Part shown: one piece after another, positions 9,230-20,377 of the stretch
Layout: the number at the start of each line of letters is the position of its first letter
How positions within the stretch are numbered: position 1 is the first letter of the stretch
Source: Xanthobacteraceae bacterium
GTDB taxonomy: Bacteria > Pseudomonadota > Alphaproteobacteria > Rhizobiales > Xanthobacteraceae
Length of the DNA: 64,000 nt
Direction of reading: 5' to 3'
Assembly (NCBI GenBank): GCA_049796395.1
Contig: JBARER010000351.1
Span: forward strand, 898-64,897
The notes under the pieces: model-generated
Told to the model about the DNA's origin: nothing
Seen by the model: only the letters and a program-made list of their open reading frames with translations
Databases searched by the model: none
Made by a program: the position numbers and the translations under genes

Positions 9230-9338
9230 GGAGCATATTATCACGCGGCGATTTCGTATAGACGAACCCGCATGAAGGACCCGTTGCGATCACCTTTTAA
9301 GGTTTTCGACGGTTGACCAGAGGAAATCCTTTATTTTT

Positions 9339-10559
9339 ATGAGAATTTCGAACCTGCTGCGCAGTCAACGCCGTGCCGTTTACGCAGGCGGCACCGTCCT
9401 TATCCTCGCGATCGTCGCAGTCGCAGCCGTACGACATTTTCATAAAGCTCCGCCCCCGCCGGCGCCGCCGCCGATTCCGGTGACCGCGGGAGTAGCGGAA
9501 CGTCAAAACGTGCCTGATGTTGTTGACGCTATCGGCACCGTTCAATCGATCGACAATGTATCAGTGCAGGCCCAGGTCAGCGGTCCGATCATCAAGGTCG
9601 AGTTCACGCCGGGGCAGGAAGTCAAAAAGGGTCAAGAGTTGTTCCTGATCGATCCACGGCCTTACCAGGCCGCGCTTGACTCGCAGGAAGCGCAACTGTC
9701 TCACGACCAAGGGATTCTGGCGGAAGCGCAGGTCGATCTTACGCGTTACCAGCTCCTGGCGCAGCAGAATTCCATCGCCAAGCAGCAAGCGGAGGATCAA
9801 GTCTATGTCGTCGAGCAGGACAAGGGCACGGTCCAGCTCGACCAGGCCAATGTCGAGACGGCGCAACTCAATTTGTCTTATTGTCACGTCATCGCGCCGG
9901 TATCCGGACGTGCCGGCACCTTGCTCGTCGATCTTGGCAATCTGGTCGGTCCGAGCGGCGGAGGCGCGGCAGCTTCGAGCGGCACATCGAGCACGAGCGG
10001 CCAGGCGACGACCGCGGCGATGGTGACGATCGCCCAAATCAAGCCGATCTACGTCAGCTTGAACGTACCGCAGACCTATCTCGACCAGATCAAGCAAAAC
10101 CAGCCCGTCTCGCCGCTCGAAGTCGATGCTTTTTCGCAGGCTGGAAAGCTCCTGGAAAAAGGCAAGCTCACACTCTTCGACAACCTGGTGAACACCAGCG
10201 CCGGCACGGTGCTCCTGCAAGCGACCTTCGCCAATACAGACGAGCAGCTATGGCCTGGAGAGTTCGTCCGCACGCGGCTGACCATCGACATGCGCAAAAA
10301 CGTCGTGACGGTGCCGACTTCCGCGGTGATGGTCGGACCGAACGGCTCATACGTTTACGTCATCAATCCCGACATGACTGTTAAGCGCGTCAACATCGAC
10401 GTGACAGTCAGTCAGGACGGCCTCTCGGTCATCGGCAAGGGCCTCTCCGGCAACGAGAAGGTGGTCGTCGACGGCCAATATCGGCTGGACAATGGCAGCA
10501 AGGTCGGCGTCGCACAGACAAGTGAACCCGCTCAGACAACCCAAGTCAGCGGCGAATGA
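9339..10559 (+). CDS. efflux RND transporter periplasmic adaptor subunit (MdtA-like)
   Basis: N-terminal membrane anchor plus lipoyl/coiled-coil motifs (LIDPRPYQAAL...[18 protein letters not shown]...YCHVIAPVSGRAG). The stop overlaps the start of the RND pump (ATGA at 10556). Confidence 0.9.
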   Translation: MRISNLLRSQRRAVYAGGTVLILAIVAVAAVRHFHKAPPPPAPPPIPVTAGVAERQNVPDVVDAIGTVQSIDNVSVQAQVSGPIIKVEFTPGQEVKKGQELFLIDPRPYQAALDSQEAQLSHDQGILAEAQVDLTRYQLLAQQNSIAKQQAEDQVYVVEQDKGTVQLDQANVETAQLNLSYCHVIAPVSGRAGTLLVDLGNLVGPSGGGAAASSGTSSTSGQATTAAMVTIAQIKPIYVSLNVPQTYLDQIKQNQPVSPLEVDAFSQAGKLLEKGKLTLFDNLVNTSAGTVLLQATFANTDEQLWPGEFVRTRLTIDMRKNVVTVPTSAVMVGPNGSYVYVINPDMTVKRVNIDVTVSQDGLSVIGKGLSGNEKVVVDGQYRLDNGSKVGVAQTSEPAQTTQVSGE

Positions 10560-13500
10560 ATATCTCCGAAATTTTTATTCGCCGGCCGATCGCCACCACG
10601 CTTTTGATGACGGGCATTCTGCTCTTCGGTTTTGTCGGTTACGAGCTACTGCCGGTTGCCGCCCTTCCCAATGTAGAATTCCCGACCATTTCCGTTACGG
10701 CGAAATTTCCCGGCGCCAGCCCCACGACCATGGCGGAAACGGTCGCGACGCCACTAGAGAACGAGTTCACCCAGATTCAGGGGCTCTCGCAGATGACCTC
10801 GACCAGCGGCCTGGGTCAGACCTCGATCACATTGCAGTTCGACTTGAACGTCGACATCAATGCCGCCGCAAGTCAGGTGCAGCAGGAAATCAACGCCGCG
10901 AGCGGCCTGCTGCCGAAGACCATGCCGACGCCGCCGACCTATCGTGAAACCAACCCAGCCGATCGGCCAATTCTCATTTATGCCGTCCATTCGGACGCCA
11001 TGCCGGTCTATCAACTGGATACCTACGCGAACACGGTCTTGGCGCAGTCTCTATCGACGGTGAACGGCGTCGGCCAAGTTTCGATCGGCGGCGAGGAGGA
11101 GCCGGCTGTCGCCGTGCAGATCGATCCGGGCGCAATCGCCTCGCGAGGACTGGGGCTTGCTCAAATCGCGAGTGCGCTCACCAGCGCTACGCTGGAGGCG
11201 CCGAAGGGCGAACTCGAAGGACCGCGCCAACAATACACGCTGCAAACCAACGATCAGCTCGTGACGGCCAATCAATTCAGCAACGTCATCGTCGCCTATC
11301 AGAATGGCGCACCGGTCCGGCTGAAAGACGTCGCGACCATCACGAATTCATCGCAGACGCCGTATGCCGGAGCCTGGTTTGATCGCCAGCAGGCCGAGCT
11401 TTTGCTGATATTCCGCGCTGCCGGCGCCAACACGGTTCAAGTCGTCGACGACATCAAGGCGAGGATGCCACAGCTCGAGAAAGCGATCCCGCCGTCGGTT
11501 CACGTCGATCTGTTGAGCGACCGTTCTCAGGACATCCGCGCATCCGTATCCGACGTCGAAGAGACCCTGATTATCACGATTATTCTCGTGGTTTTGATCA
11601 TTTTCGCTTTTTTGCGGAAGCCTTGGGCCACCGCCATTCCCAGTATCACCGTCCCACTTTCGATCGTCGCCACGTTCGCGGCGATGTACATTCTCGGCTA
11701 CAGCCTGGACAATTTGTCGTTGATGGCGCTGACGATCTCGGTTGGCTTCATCGTCGACGACGCTATCGTGATGATCGAAAATATCGTGCGCTATATCGAA
11801 GCGGGGCAATCCGCCTTCGACGCAGCGATCGAAGGCGCCGGCCAGATCGGCTTCACGATCGTTTCCATCACCTTTTCGCTGGTTGCGGTCTTTATTCCCC
11901 TCCTCTTCATGTCAGCCATTGTCGGACGGCTGTTCCATGAGTTCGCGATGACGGTGACCATCGCCGTCGTGGCTTCAGCGTTCATAGCGCTGACGCTCAC
12001 GCCAATGATGTGCTCTTTGTTCCTTTCCCGCGAGAGTGAAGAATCGCATGGACGGATGTATCGCGCGTTCGAGCGGTTCTTCGACAATATGCTGGCGGGT
12101 TACGATCGTGGCCTCAATTGGGTATTCCGGCACCAGTTGAGCACTCTGCTTTCGACGGTCGTGCTGATCGTGCTCACCGGTTATCTTTATTACTTAATTC
12201 CCAAGGGCTTTCTCCCCGAACAGGACACCGGCTTTCTGTTCGGTCAACTCGAAGCCCGGCAGGACGAATCGTTTGCGGCAATAAGCGCCCTGCAGGATCA
12301 GATCGCGAAAATCGTCCTTCCGGATCCCGCCGTCGCCGGGATGGTGAGCTTTGCCGGCGCCACGGGCGGAAATTCGAGCGAAAACACCGCCCGAATGTTC
12401 ATTCAACTCAAGCCGTTCGGAGAGCGCGCCGGCATCGAGCAGGTGATGGCGCGCCTGCGGCCGAAGGTGTCGCAAGTCATCGGCGCACGATTTTATATGC
12501 AGGCCGCCCAAGACATTACGGTCGGCGGGCGGTTGGAGCAGGCGCAGTACCAGTACACGCTGACCGACACGGATTCCGACGAACTCAATCATTGGGCGCC
12601 AATTCTGCTGGCAAAAATGCAGGCGATGAAAATTCTCACCGACGTCGCCTCCGATCAGCAGATCGCTTCGCCTGAGATCGACGTGGCGGTCGATCGCGAC
12701 GCCGCCTCGACCTATGGCGTGACGCTGTCGGCCGTCGATACCGCGCTTTACGCAGCTTTTGGCCAGCAAGAGGTGACGACGATCTATCTGCCCACCCAGC
12801 AGGCGAAAGTGCTCTTGGAGGTAAAGCCCGAATTTCAGGTCCAGCCGACCGACCTATCGACAATTTACGTGGCGGCAACGAATAGCGCCGGCGTGACCAC
12901 GCAAGTGCCACTGTCGGCGGTGGCGCACTACACCAACACGGTCGTACCGCTCACCATCAATCACCAGGGAGTCTTCCCGGCAGTCACGCTGTCGTTCAAC
13001 CTCGCCCCAAATGCGTCGCTGAGCCAGGCAGTGGACGCCGTCTCAAGCTTGGAGTCGCAGCTCCACACACCGGAAACGCTGACCGGCACCTTTCAAGGTA
13101 CGGCGCAAGCCTTTCAGGCATCGCTCACGACAACGCCTCTCCTGACGCTTGCCGCGATCTTCGTCATCTACATCGTTCTGGGAATGCTGTATGAGAGCTT
13201 CATCCATCCCATCACCATTCTTTCCTCGCTGCCGTCCGCCGGGGTCGGCTCGCTGCTCATGCTGATGCTATTCGGCTACGACCTGACGCTGATCGCCTTC
13301 ATCGGCATCATTCTCTTGATCGGCATCGTCAAGAAAAACGCCATCATGATGATCGACTTCGCGCTGATAGCCGAGCGCGACGAAGGCAAAAGCCCGCTTG
13401 AGGCAATCCATCAGGCCTGTCTGTTGCGATTCCGGCCAATCATGATGACCACGATGTGCGCGCTGATCGCCGGCCTGCCGCTGGCTTTCGGCCAGGGTGC

Positions 13501-13678
13501 GGGATCGGATCTGCGGCGGCCGCTCGGCATCGCCATCGTCGGCGGCCTTTTGGTGTCGCAATCGCTGACGCTGTTCACCACGCCGATCATCTATCTGTAT
13601 CTCGATCGGCTCAGCCGTTGGGTGGGAGGACGCTCCACTCCCGCGCGCGGCTCTCCGCCGGAGGCGTCGCCGGCCTAG
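10556..13678 (+). CDS. multidrug efflux RND permease (MdtB/MdtC family)
   Basis: 1040 aa with 12-TM RND architecture. Conserved motifs are [31 protein letters not shown] and [15 protein letters not shown]. Confidence 0.92.
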   Translation: MNISEIFIRRPIATTLLMTGILLFGFVGYELLPVAALPNVEFPTISVTAKFPGASPTTMAETVATPLENEFTQIQGLSQMTSTSGLGQTSITLQFDLNVDINAAASQVQQEINAASGLLPKTMPTPPTYRETNPADRPILIYAVHSDAMPVYQLDTYANTVLAQSLSTVNGVGQVSIGGEEEPAVAVQIDPGAIASRGLGLAQIASALTSATLEAPKGELEGPRQQYTLQTNDQLVTANQFSNVIVAYQNGAPVRLKDVATITNSSQTPYAGAWFDRQQAELLLIFRAAGANTVQVVDDIKARMPQLEKAIPPSVHVDLLSDRSQDIRASVSDVEETLIITIILVVLIIFAFLRKPWATAIPSITVPLSIVATFAAMYILGYSLDNLSLMALTISVGFIVDDAIVMIENIVRYIEAGQSAFDAAIEGAGQIGFTIVSITFSLVAVFIPLLFMSAIVGRLFHEFAMTVTIAVVASAFIALTLTPMMCSLFLSRESEESHGRMYRAFERFFDNMLAGYDRGLNWVFRHQLSTLLSTVVLIVLTGYLYYLIPKGFLPEQDTGFLFGQLEARQDESFAAISALQDQIAKIVLPDPAVAGMVSFAGATGGNSSENTARMFIQLKPFGERAGIEQVMARLRPKVSQVIGARFYMQAAQDITVGGRLEQAQYQYTLTDTDSDELNHWAPILLAKMQAMKILTDVASDQQIASPEIDVAVDRDAASTYGVTLSAVDTALYAAFGQQEVTTIYLPTQQAKVLLEVKPEFQVQPTDLSTIYVAATNSAGVTTQVPLSAVAHYTNTVVPLTINHQGVFPAVTLSFNLAPNASLSQAVDAVSSLESQLHTPETLTGTFQGTAQAFQASLTTTPLLTLAAIFVIYIVLGMLYESFIHPITILSSLPSAGVGSLLMLMLFGYDLTLIAFIGIILLIGIVKKNAIMMIDFALIAERDEGKSPLEAIHQACLLRFRPIMMTTMCALIAGLPLAFGQGAGSDLRRPLGIAIVGGLLVSQSLTLFTTPIIYLYLDRLSRWVGGRSTPARGSPPEASPA

Positions 13679-14167
13679 CCATCGCCGGCGCGGGGGTCCC
13701 GCGTTGGCACTTCCAATGGCGGAGCCACATGCCGCGATTCCACTCGTTCCGCCCTGCCCCGCAGTGCCGCCCGTCTGCAGCGCCGGGGCGACCAACTACA
13801 CAAAACCGGCGACATCAGCGCCAACGGAGTTCCCAGCGCGTGACCGCGCCCAATCTTGTGTGGATAAGCTGTAATGGCGGCTCATCTTCCGATTATGCAC
13901 ATAGTGTCGCCCGAATATCACAACACGCACAAATTCACAGGCGATGCAGCCAACGGCGACCGGTAGCGATATTCACCGCCACGTCAGCCGGGGCTATAGT
14001 CCGTAATCTCGCTCGGGGGATTTAGCGGAAGCGAAAACGAAGCACGGTTCCGCTGGTCTCTCCACCAGCGAAAATTCGTGCCGTATGATCTGGTTGCGTT
14101 TGGGGGCTTACTGAAGCGGGTCTGGATACAGGCGTTGACCCACGCTATTGGGCATTAGGGTGGTTGG

Positions 14168-15775
14168 GTGCGACGCAGAGCTTATCTCCCCGTGCGAGTC
14201 TGCGGCCGGACTTCGGTATTCCGCGTCGCATCTGTGAGCCTCGGTCTGGTGCTCGCCGGCTGCGCGGTCGGACCGAATTATTCACGGGCACCTGGGCCGG
14301 TACCGGCTGAATTCAAGGAATTGAAGGGCTGGAAGCTCGCTCGTCCGAGCGACGATCTCCGGCACGGCGATTGGTGGAAGGTCTATCGAGATCGCGCACT
14401 GAACGAACTGCTGCCTCAGGTCGAAATATCCAACCAGACGGTCGCTGCCGACGCCGCGGCCTATGAGGAAGCCAAGGCGCTGATCCGCGAGGCGCAAGCC
14501 GCACTATTTCCCACCGCAAGCGCGAGCTACACCGCAATGCGAACCCGAACCGGAGCCCTCGCCGGCACGACCGGCGGCAGTGCAGTCGGCACCGGATTGG
14601 GCACTCGGTATACGACCCAATACACCGCTCCAATCAGCGGTGCCTGGGACCTCGACGTCTGGGGCAGATTGCGCCGACAGGTCGAAAGCAACACGGCAGA
14701 AGCCCAAGCAAGCGCTGCCGACCTCGACAATGCCAAGCTTTCCGAGCAGGCGATGCTGGCGACCGCCTTTTTCAACCTGCGCGCATCGGACTCGCTGATC
14801 GACCTGCTCACCCGCACGATCGCCGAATACAAAAAAACCTATAACATCGTGGACAACCAATTCAAAGCCGGCTTTTCGGTCACCGGCGGCGATGTCGCCA
14901 CTGCGGATGCCAATATCCGGACGACCGAAGCGCAGCTTTACGCCACGCGCGTGCAGCGCGCGCAATTCGAACATGCGATCGCCATGCTGATCGGCCGGCC
15001 TCCCGCCGAACTCACGGTGGGACCGCACTTGCTGGGTCAGGCCCCGCCAAGCGTTCCGGTCAGCGTTCCCTCCGCTCTCCTGGAACGGCGGCCCGACATC
15101 GCCGCTGCCGAGCGCACCATGCAGGAAGAAAATGCACTGATCGGCGTGGAAGAAGCCGCTTACTTTCCGGATATTTCGCTGTCCTCGATGCTCGAATTCA
15201 TCGGCCCGATCCCTCTGCCGTTTTCGGCGGCGCGCTCCATCGGCTCGATCGGCGCGACCGGCACGCAGACCTTGTTCAACGGCGGTCTGACCTCGGCGCA
15301 AGTCGACGCCGCGCGCGCGGTGTACTGGCAAAGCGTCGCCAATTATCGGCAGACGTTACTGACCGCCTTTCAGCAGGTCGAGGACGAACTCGCCGCTATG
15401 CATTACTACGCCGGGCAAGTGGCCGCCGAGCGCAAGGCGGTCGCCGACGAGCGTGAAGCGGTCAAGGTATTCCTCAATCAGTTCCAAGCTGGCACGGTTG
15501 CATTCACGACCGTTGTGGTCGCTGAGATTGCGCTGCTGGCGGACCAGGAATCCGAATTGACGGCGCGGCAGAACCTGTATCTGGCCAGCGTCAGTCTGAT
15601 CGAAGACCTCGGCGGCGGCTGGGACGCAAGCCTGCTGCCGGATCAAGCTCAACTCCTCAAGGACTTCAGCTTCACGCCGCAGCTCGAATCGAACAAGCCG
15701 CTGGCTGTCGAGTTGATGCCGACAATCCAGAGCCCGTCCAATCCGCCGGCTGTACCGATCGGACCGCCGCAATGA
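14168..15775 (+). CDS. RND efflux outer membrane factor lipoprotein (NodT family)
   Basis: Lipobox LVLAGCAVGPNY, GDWWKVY and WDLDVWGRLRR motifs, and the two-repeat OMF architecture. The GTG start at 14168 is tentative. Confidence 0.88.
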   Translation: MRRRAYLPVRVCGRTSVFRVASVSLGLVLAGCAVGPNYSRAPGPVPAEFKELKGWKLARPSDDLRHGDWWKVYRDRALNELLPQVEISNQTVAADAAAYEEAKALIREAQAALFPTASASYTAMRTRTGALAGTTGGSAVGTGLGTRYTTQYTAPISGAWDLDVWGRLRRQVESNTAEAQASAADLDNAKLSEQAMLATAFFNLRASDSLIDLLTRTIAEYKKTYNIVDNQFKAGFSVTGGDVATADANIRTTEAQLYATRVQRAQFEHAIAMLIGRPPAELTVGPHLLGQAPPSVPVSVPSALLERRPDIAAAERTMQEENALIGVEEAAYFPDISLSSMLEFIGPIPLPFSAARSIGSIGATGTQTLFNGGLTSAQVDAARAVYWQSVANYRQTLLTAFQQVEDELAAMHYYAGQVAAERKAVADEREAVKVFLNQFQAGTVAFTTVVVAEIALLADQESELTARQNLYLASVSLIEDLGGGWDASLLPDQAQLLKDFSFTPQLESNKPLAVELMPTIQSPSNPPAVPIGPPQ

Positions 15776-15914
15776 CCGGCAGCTATCGCAAGTGGTTGAT
15801 ATCTAGTGCATTTCATGGATGCCGTGCAAATTAGCGATTATTCATTAGCGGCCTTGGGCAACGCATTTTATAAGTTCACGCAAGCAGATAGCCCGGAATC
15901 GATGAACGCCCACT

Positions 15915-17219
15915 ATGGACGAGCGGACGCGCAGAACTGGTGACGACTTAAGGCGGGCACCGGACGTCACGACGCGATCGCATTGGCGAGGCCGGATCGG
16001 CGCCGGACTGGTCGTGATCCTGCTTGTGCTGGCGGGTTACGAGGCAGTTCACTGGATCAAATCCACGCCATCTAGCGGCGGACGTTTTCCCCAAGGCGCA
16101 CTGCAGTCGGTCGGCGCCTCGACCGTGACCACCGGAAACGTCCGCGAAATCGTCAATGCACTGGGCACGGTCACGCCGGTCGCGACGGTGACCGTGCAGA
16201 CGCAGATCAACGGCCAGCTTACCGATGTCGGATTCACCGAAGGCCAGGACGTCAAGAAGGGCGACTTCCTCGCTCAGATCGATCCGCGTCCTTATCAGAT
16301 TTTGAAAGAGCAGTACGAAGGTCAGCTTGCGCACGACGAGGGCTTGCTTGCCCAGGCGCAAATGGATCTGACGCGCTACCAGACGCTCGCCCAGCAGAAC
16401 TCGATCGCCAAACAGCAGTCCGAGGATCAGGTTTTTATCGTCCAGCAGTATAAGGGCTCGGTTAAGCAGGATCAGGGATTGGTCGATTCCGAAGCGCTGA
16501 ACATTGCCTATTGCCATATCGTCTCGCCGATTGAGGGCCGCGTCGGCCTGCGCCTGGTCGATCCCGGAAATTACGTGCAGACCACGAGCGCCTCCGGCAT
16601 TGCCGTCATCACTCAAATGCATCCGATCACGGTGATCTTCTCTGTCCCCGAAGACGATCTGCCGGAGATCATGCCGCAGCTTAATGCCGGCACGCCGCTG
16701 GTCGTCACCGCCTACGATCGCGCCAATATTCATTTGCTGGCGACCGGCAAGGTGTCCGCCGTCGACAGCCAGATCGACACCACGACCGGTACGGTTAAGG
16801 TGCGCGCGCAATTCGATAACCCTGACAACGCGCTGTTTCCCAATCAGTTCGTCAATGCAAGGCTGCTGGTGAAAACGCTGGCCAACGTCGTCACTGTGCC
16901 GACCTCGGCGATCCAGCGCGGCGCCCCGGGGACTTACGTCTACGTCATCAATCCCAACAGCACGGTCTCGGTCCGGCAGATCAAGACGGCCGTCGTCGAT
17001 GACAATCTCACCGAAGTGACCTCCGGTCTGACTGCCGGCGAGCGCGTCGTTATCGACGGCACCGATCGGCTGCGCGACGGATTGAAGGTCGCCGTTGCCG
17101 CCGAAAGCGGCCAGCCGACAGCCGGCGGCGCTGCTCCGGCGAACGCCGGCAAGCCGGGCAATAGACAAGGCCATAATTCCGGCCAGCCGCAGGCTAAGCC
17201 TCCCGGCGGCGGCCAGTAG
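15915..17219 (+). CDS. mdtA: efflux RND transporter periplasmic adaptor subunit
   Basis: Paralogous to 9339-10559 ([10 protein letters not shown]...[18 protein letters not shown]...[13 protein letters not shown]). It is followed by two RND permease genes, as in mdtABC. Confidence 0.85.
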   Translation: MDERTRRTGDDLRRAPDVTTRSHWRGRIGAGLVVILLVLAGYEAVHWIKSTPSSGGRFPQGALQSVGASTVTTGNVREIVNALGTVTPVATVTVQTQINGQLTDVGFTEGQDVKKGDFLAQIDPRPYQILKEQYEGQLAHDEGLLAQAQMDLTRYQTLAQQNSIAKQQSEDQVFIVQQYKGSVKQDQGLVDSEALNIAYCHIVSPIEGRVGLRLVDPGNYVQTTSASGIAVITQMHPITVIFSVPEDDLPEIMPQLNAGTPLVVTAYDRANIHLLATGKVSAVDSQIDTTTGTVKVRAQFDNPDNALFPNQFVNARLLVKTLANVVTVPTSAIQRGAPGTYVYVINPNSTVSVRQIKTAVVDDNLTEVTSGLTAGERVVIDGTDRLRDGLKVAVAAESGQPTAGGAAPANAGKPGNRQGHNSGQPQAKPPGGGQ

Positions 17220-17257
17220 GACCGCCGCGGCGGCGGCGCGCGGCGAAAAGAGCTACG

Positions 17258-20200
17258 ATGAACGTCTCCGAGCCATTCATCCTTCGCCCGGTGGGCACGA
17301 CGCTCTTGATGGCGGCGATTCTGCTGTCCGGCATGGTGGCCTACAACTTTCTGCCGCTGTCCACCTTGCCGGAGGTCGATTACCCGACGATTCAAGTGCA
17401 AACGCTCTATCCGGGCGCCAGCCCGGAAGTCATGACCTCCTCGGTCACGGCGCCGCTCGAGCGGCAACTTGGGCAGATGCCCGGCTTGAACCAGATGACC
17501 TCGGCAAGCTCCGCCGGCGCGTCGGTGATCACGCTGCAATTCAGCCTCGATCTGTCGCTCGATATCGCTGAACAGGAGGTGCAGGCTTCCATCAACGCCG
17601 CCGGCAATCTGTTGCCGGCTGACCTGCCGACGCCGCCGATCTATTCGAAGGTCAATCCCGCGGATGCGCCGATTCTCGCGCTGGCGGTGACGTCGGACAC
17701 GCTCGCGCTCACCGATCTGGAGAATTACAGCGAGACGCGGCTGGCGCAGAAGATCTCGCAGCTGACCGGCGTGGGGCTTGTGAGCATCAGCGGCGGACAG
17801 CGGCCCGCGGTGCGCATTCAGCTCAATCCGGATTCGCTCGCCGCCTACGGTCTCAACCTCGACGACGTCCGCACCATCATCGGCAATCTCAACGTCAACA
17901 CCCCGAAAGGCAATTTCGACGGTCCGACGCAGGCGCTGACGATCAACGCCAACGACCAGCTCACCAGCGCCGACGAATATCGCAATCTCATCGTGGCCTA
18001 TCGTAACGGCGCGCCCGTCAAGCTTACCGATGTCGCCAGCATCGTCAGCGGCCCGGAAAACACCAAGCTCGGTGCCTGGGCGGACACGACACCGGCGATC
18101 ATCGTCAACGTGCAGCGCCAGCCCGGCGCCAACATCATTCAAGTCGTCGACCGCATTCAGACGCTGCTGCCGCAGATCATGTCGACGCTGCCGCAAGCCA
18201 TGAACGTCCGCGTGCTGAGCGACCGCACGGTGACGATCCGGGCTTCGGTGGCCGACGTTGAATTCGAGCTCGGCCTTGCCGTCGTACTGGTGGTGCTGGT
18301 GATTTTCGTGTTCCTGCGCACGCTGCCGGGTACGATCATTCCGAGCCTGTCGGTGCCGCTGTCGCTGGTCGGCACGTTCGGGGCGATGTACCTCTTGGGC
18401 TTCTCGCTCGACAATCTGTCGCTGATGGCGCTGACGATCGCCACCGGCTTCGTCGTCGACGACGCCATCGTCATGATCGAGAACATCGCGCGCTACGTCG
18501 AGGGCGGCATGGCCCCCGTCGAAGCAGCGCTGCGCGGTTCCGAGCAGATCGGCTTCACCATCATCTCGCTCACCATCTCGCTGATCGCCGTGCTGATCCC
18601 GCTGTTGTTCATGGGCGACGTGGTCGGCCGCCTGTTCCACGAATTTTCCATCACGCTGGCGGTCACCATCGTCATCTCCGCGGTCGTATCGCTGACGCTG
18701 GTGCCGATGATGTGCGCCAAGCTCATTCGCCACCGTGGCGAGGGCGAACGCAGAAATTTCGATCTCAAGGCCGAGGAAATCTTCAATGCGGTCATCGCGC
18801 GCTACGGCCAGGCGCTGAATTGGGTGCTCGACCGTCAACCGGCGACATTGCTGGTGGCCGTACTGACGCTCGCTTTGACCATCGTCCTCTACCTGCTCAT
18901 CCCGAAGGGATTTTTCCCGGTCCAGGACACCGGCGAGATCCAGGCCATATCCGAAGCTTCGCAAAGCGTCTCGTATGACCAGATGGCAAAATTGCAGAGC
19001 GATCTCGCCGAGGCCATCCTCAAGGATCCCGACGTCGTCAATCTAAGCTCCTTCATCGGCGTCGACGGCACCAATCAGACTCTCAATACTGGCCGCTTTC
19101 TGATCAGTCTCAAGCCGCACGATCAGCGCAATTTGAGCGCCAGCGATATCATCCGCCGGCTGCAGAACGAGGTTGCGGGCGTTGTCGGCATCGGCCTCTA
19201 TATGCAACCGGTACAGGATTTGACGATCGATTCGACGATCAGCCGGGCGCCGTATCATTTCGTGCTCGAAGACGCCAACGCCGCGGAATTCAGCACGTGG
19301 GTGCCGGAACTGGTGCAAAAGCTCAGCCAACTGCCGCAAATTACCGACGTGGCCAGCGACCTCCAGGAACAGGGCTTGGCAGCGGACATCGTGATCGACC
19401 GTGCCACGGCGAGCCGATTCGGCATCACGCCGGCAACCATCGACAACGTGCTCTACGACGCCTTCGGCCAGCGTATTGTCTCCACCATCTATACGCAATC
19501 CAATCAGTATCGGGTCATTCTGGAAGTCGATCCCGACCTGCAGGAGTCGCTGACCGCGCTGGAATCGCTGTATTTGCCATCATCATCGTCGTCGACCAAC
19601 GGTCAGGTGCCGCTCACTGCGATTGCGCATATCGAGCAACACGCCGCGCCGCTCTTGATCACGCATTACGGTCAATTTCCAGCGACGACGATTTCATTCA
19701 ATACCGCGCCGGGCTATTCGCTGGGTGCCGCTGTCACCGCGATCCAGCAAACGGAGAGCCAGGTCGGACTGCCGATAAGCTTCATCACCGCGTTCCAGGG
19801 CACCGCCGCCGCATTCCAGGCGTCTCTCGCCAATGAAGTCTTTTTGATCATCGCCGCGGTGGTGGCGATGTACATCGTGCTTGGCGTTCTCTACGAGAGC
19901 TTCGTCCATCCGATCACCATCCTGTCGACGCTGCCCTCCGCCGGAGTCGGCGCGCTCTTGTCGCTGATGCTGCTGCACTACGATCTCGATGTTATTGCCA
20001 TCATCGGCATCATTCTCTTGATCGGCATCGTCAAGAAAAACGCCATCATGATGATCGACTTCGCCCTGGATGCCGAGCGCACCGAAGGGATGGCACCGCG
20101 CGACGCTATCTATCAGGCCTGCTTGCTGCGCTTTCGGCCGATCATGATGACGACGTTCGCCGCCATGCTCGGCGCGTTACCCCTGATGCTCGGCACTGGA

Positions 20201-20377
20201 ACCGGATCGGAATTGCGCCAGCCGCTCGGCGTCGCCATCATCGGCGGCCTGATCGTGAGCCAGGCGCTCACGCTGTTCACCACGCCGGTGATTTACCTCT
20301 ATTTCGACCGGCTGGCGGTCCGTCTCATAGGCCGCCGGCCGTCGGCTCCGATCGTGCCTGAAGCACCGGCTGAATGA
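17258..20377 (+). CDS. mdtB: multidrug efflux RND permease, MdtB-like
   Basis: 1039 aa RND pump. It overlaps the next RND gene by 4 nt (20374-20377), the tandem arrangement typical of heteromeric MdtBC. Confidence 0.88.
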   Translation: MNVSEPFILRPVGTTLLMAAILLSGMVAYNFLPLSTLPEVDYPTIQVQTLYPGASPEVMTSSVTAPLERQLGQMPGLNQMTSASSAGASVITLQFSLDLSLDIAEQEVQASINAAGNLLPADLPTPPIYSKVNPADAPILALAVTSDTLALTDLENYSETRLAQKISQLTGVGLVSISGGQRPAVRIQLNPDSLAAYGLNLDDVRTIIGNLNVNTPKGNFDGPTQALTINANDQLTSADEYRNLIVAYRNGAPVKLTDVASIVSGPENTKLGAWADTTPAIIVNVQRQPGANIIQVVDRIQTLLPQIMSTLPQAMNVRVLSDRTVTIRASVADVEFELGLAVVLVVLVIFVFLRTLPGTIIPSLSVPLSLVGTFGAMYLLGFSLDNLSLMALTIATGFVVDDAIVMIENIARYVEGGMAPVEAALRGSEQIGFTIISLTISLIAVLIPLLFMGDVVGRLFHEFSITLAVTIVISAVVSLTLVPMMCAKLIRHRGEGERRNFDLKAEEIFNAVIARYGQALNWVLDRQPATLLVAVLTLALTIVLYLLIPKGFFPVQDTGEIQAISEASQSVSYDQMAKLQSDLAEAILKDPDVVNLSSFIGVDGTNQTLNTGRFLISLKPHDQRNLSASDIIRRLQNEVAGVVGIGLYMQPVQDLTIDSTISRAPYHFVLEDANAAEFSTWVPELVQKLSQLPQITDVASDLQEQGLAADIVIDRATASRFGITPATIDNVLYDAFGQRIVSTIYTQSNQYRVILEVDPDLQESLTALESLYLPSSSSSTNGQVPLTAIAHIEQHAAPLLITHYGQFPATTISFNTAPGYSLGAAVTAIQQTESQVGLPISFITAFQGTAAAFQASLANEVFLIIAAVVAMYIVLGVLYESFVHPITILSTLPSAGVGALLSLMLLHYDLDVIAIIGIILLIGIVKKNAIMMIDFALDAERTEGMAPRDAIYQACLLRFRPIMMTTFAAMLGALPLMLGTGTGSELRQPLGVAIIGGLIVSQALTLFTTPVIYLYFDRLAVRLIGRRPSAPIVPEAPAE

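Noticed and set aside
13456-14025. 189-aa plus-strand ORF spanning the end of the first RND pump into the 489-nt gap
   Set aside because: It starts inside the pump gene in another frame, the translation is Arg/Pro/Ser-rich with no motifs, and there is no start context. It is not considered coding.
16940-18964. 674-aa minus-strand ORF, the longest non-annotated ORF in the window
   Set aside because: It lies entirely antisense to the adaptor/MdtB genes. The translation is Arg/Asp/His/Gly-rich low complexity with no recognisable motif. This is a typical shadow ORF of a GC-rich coding region.
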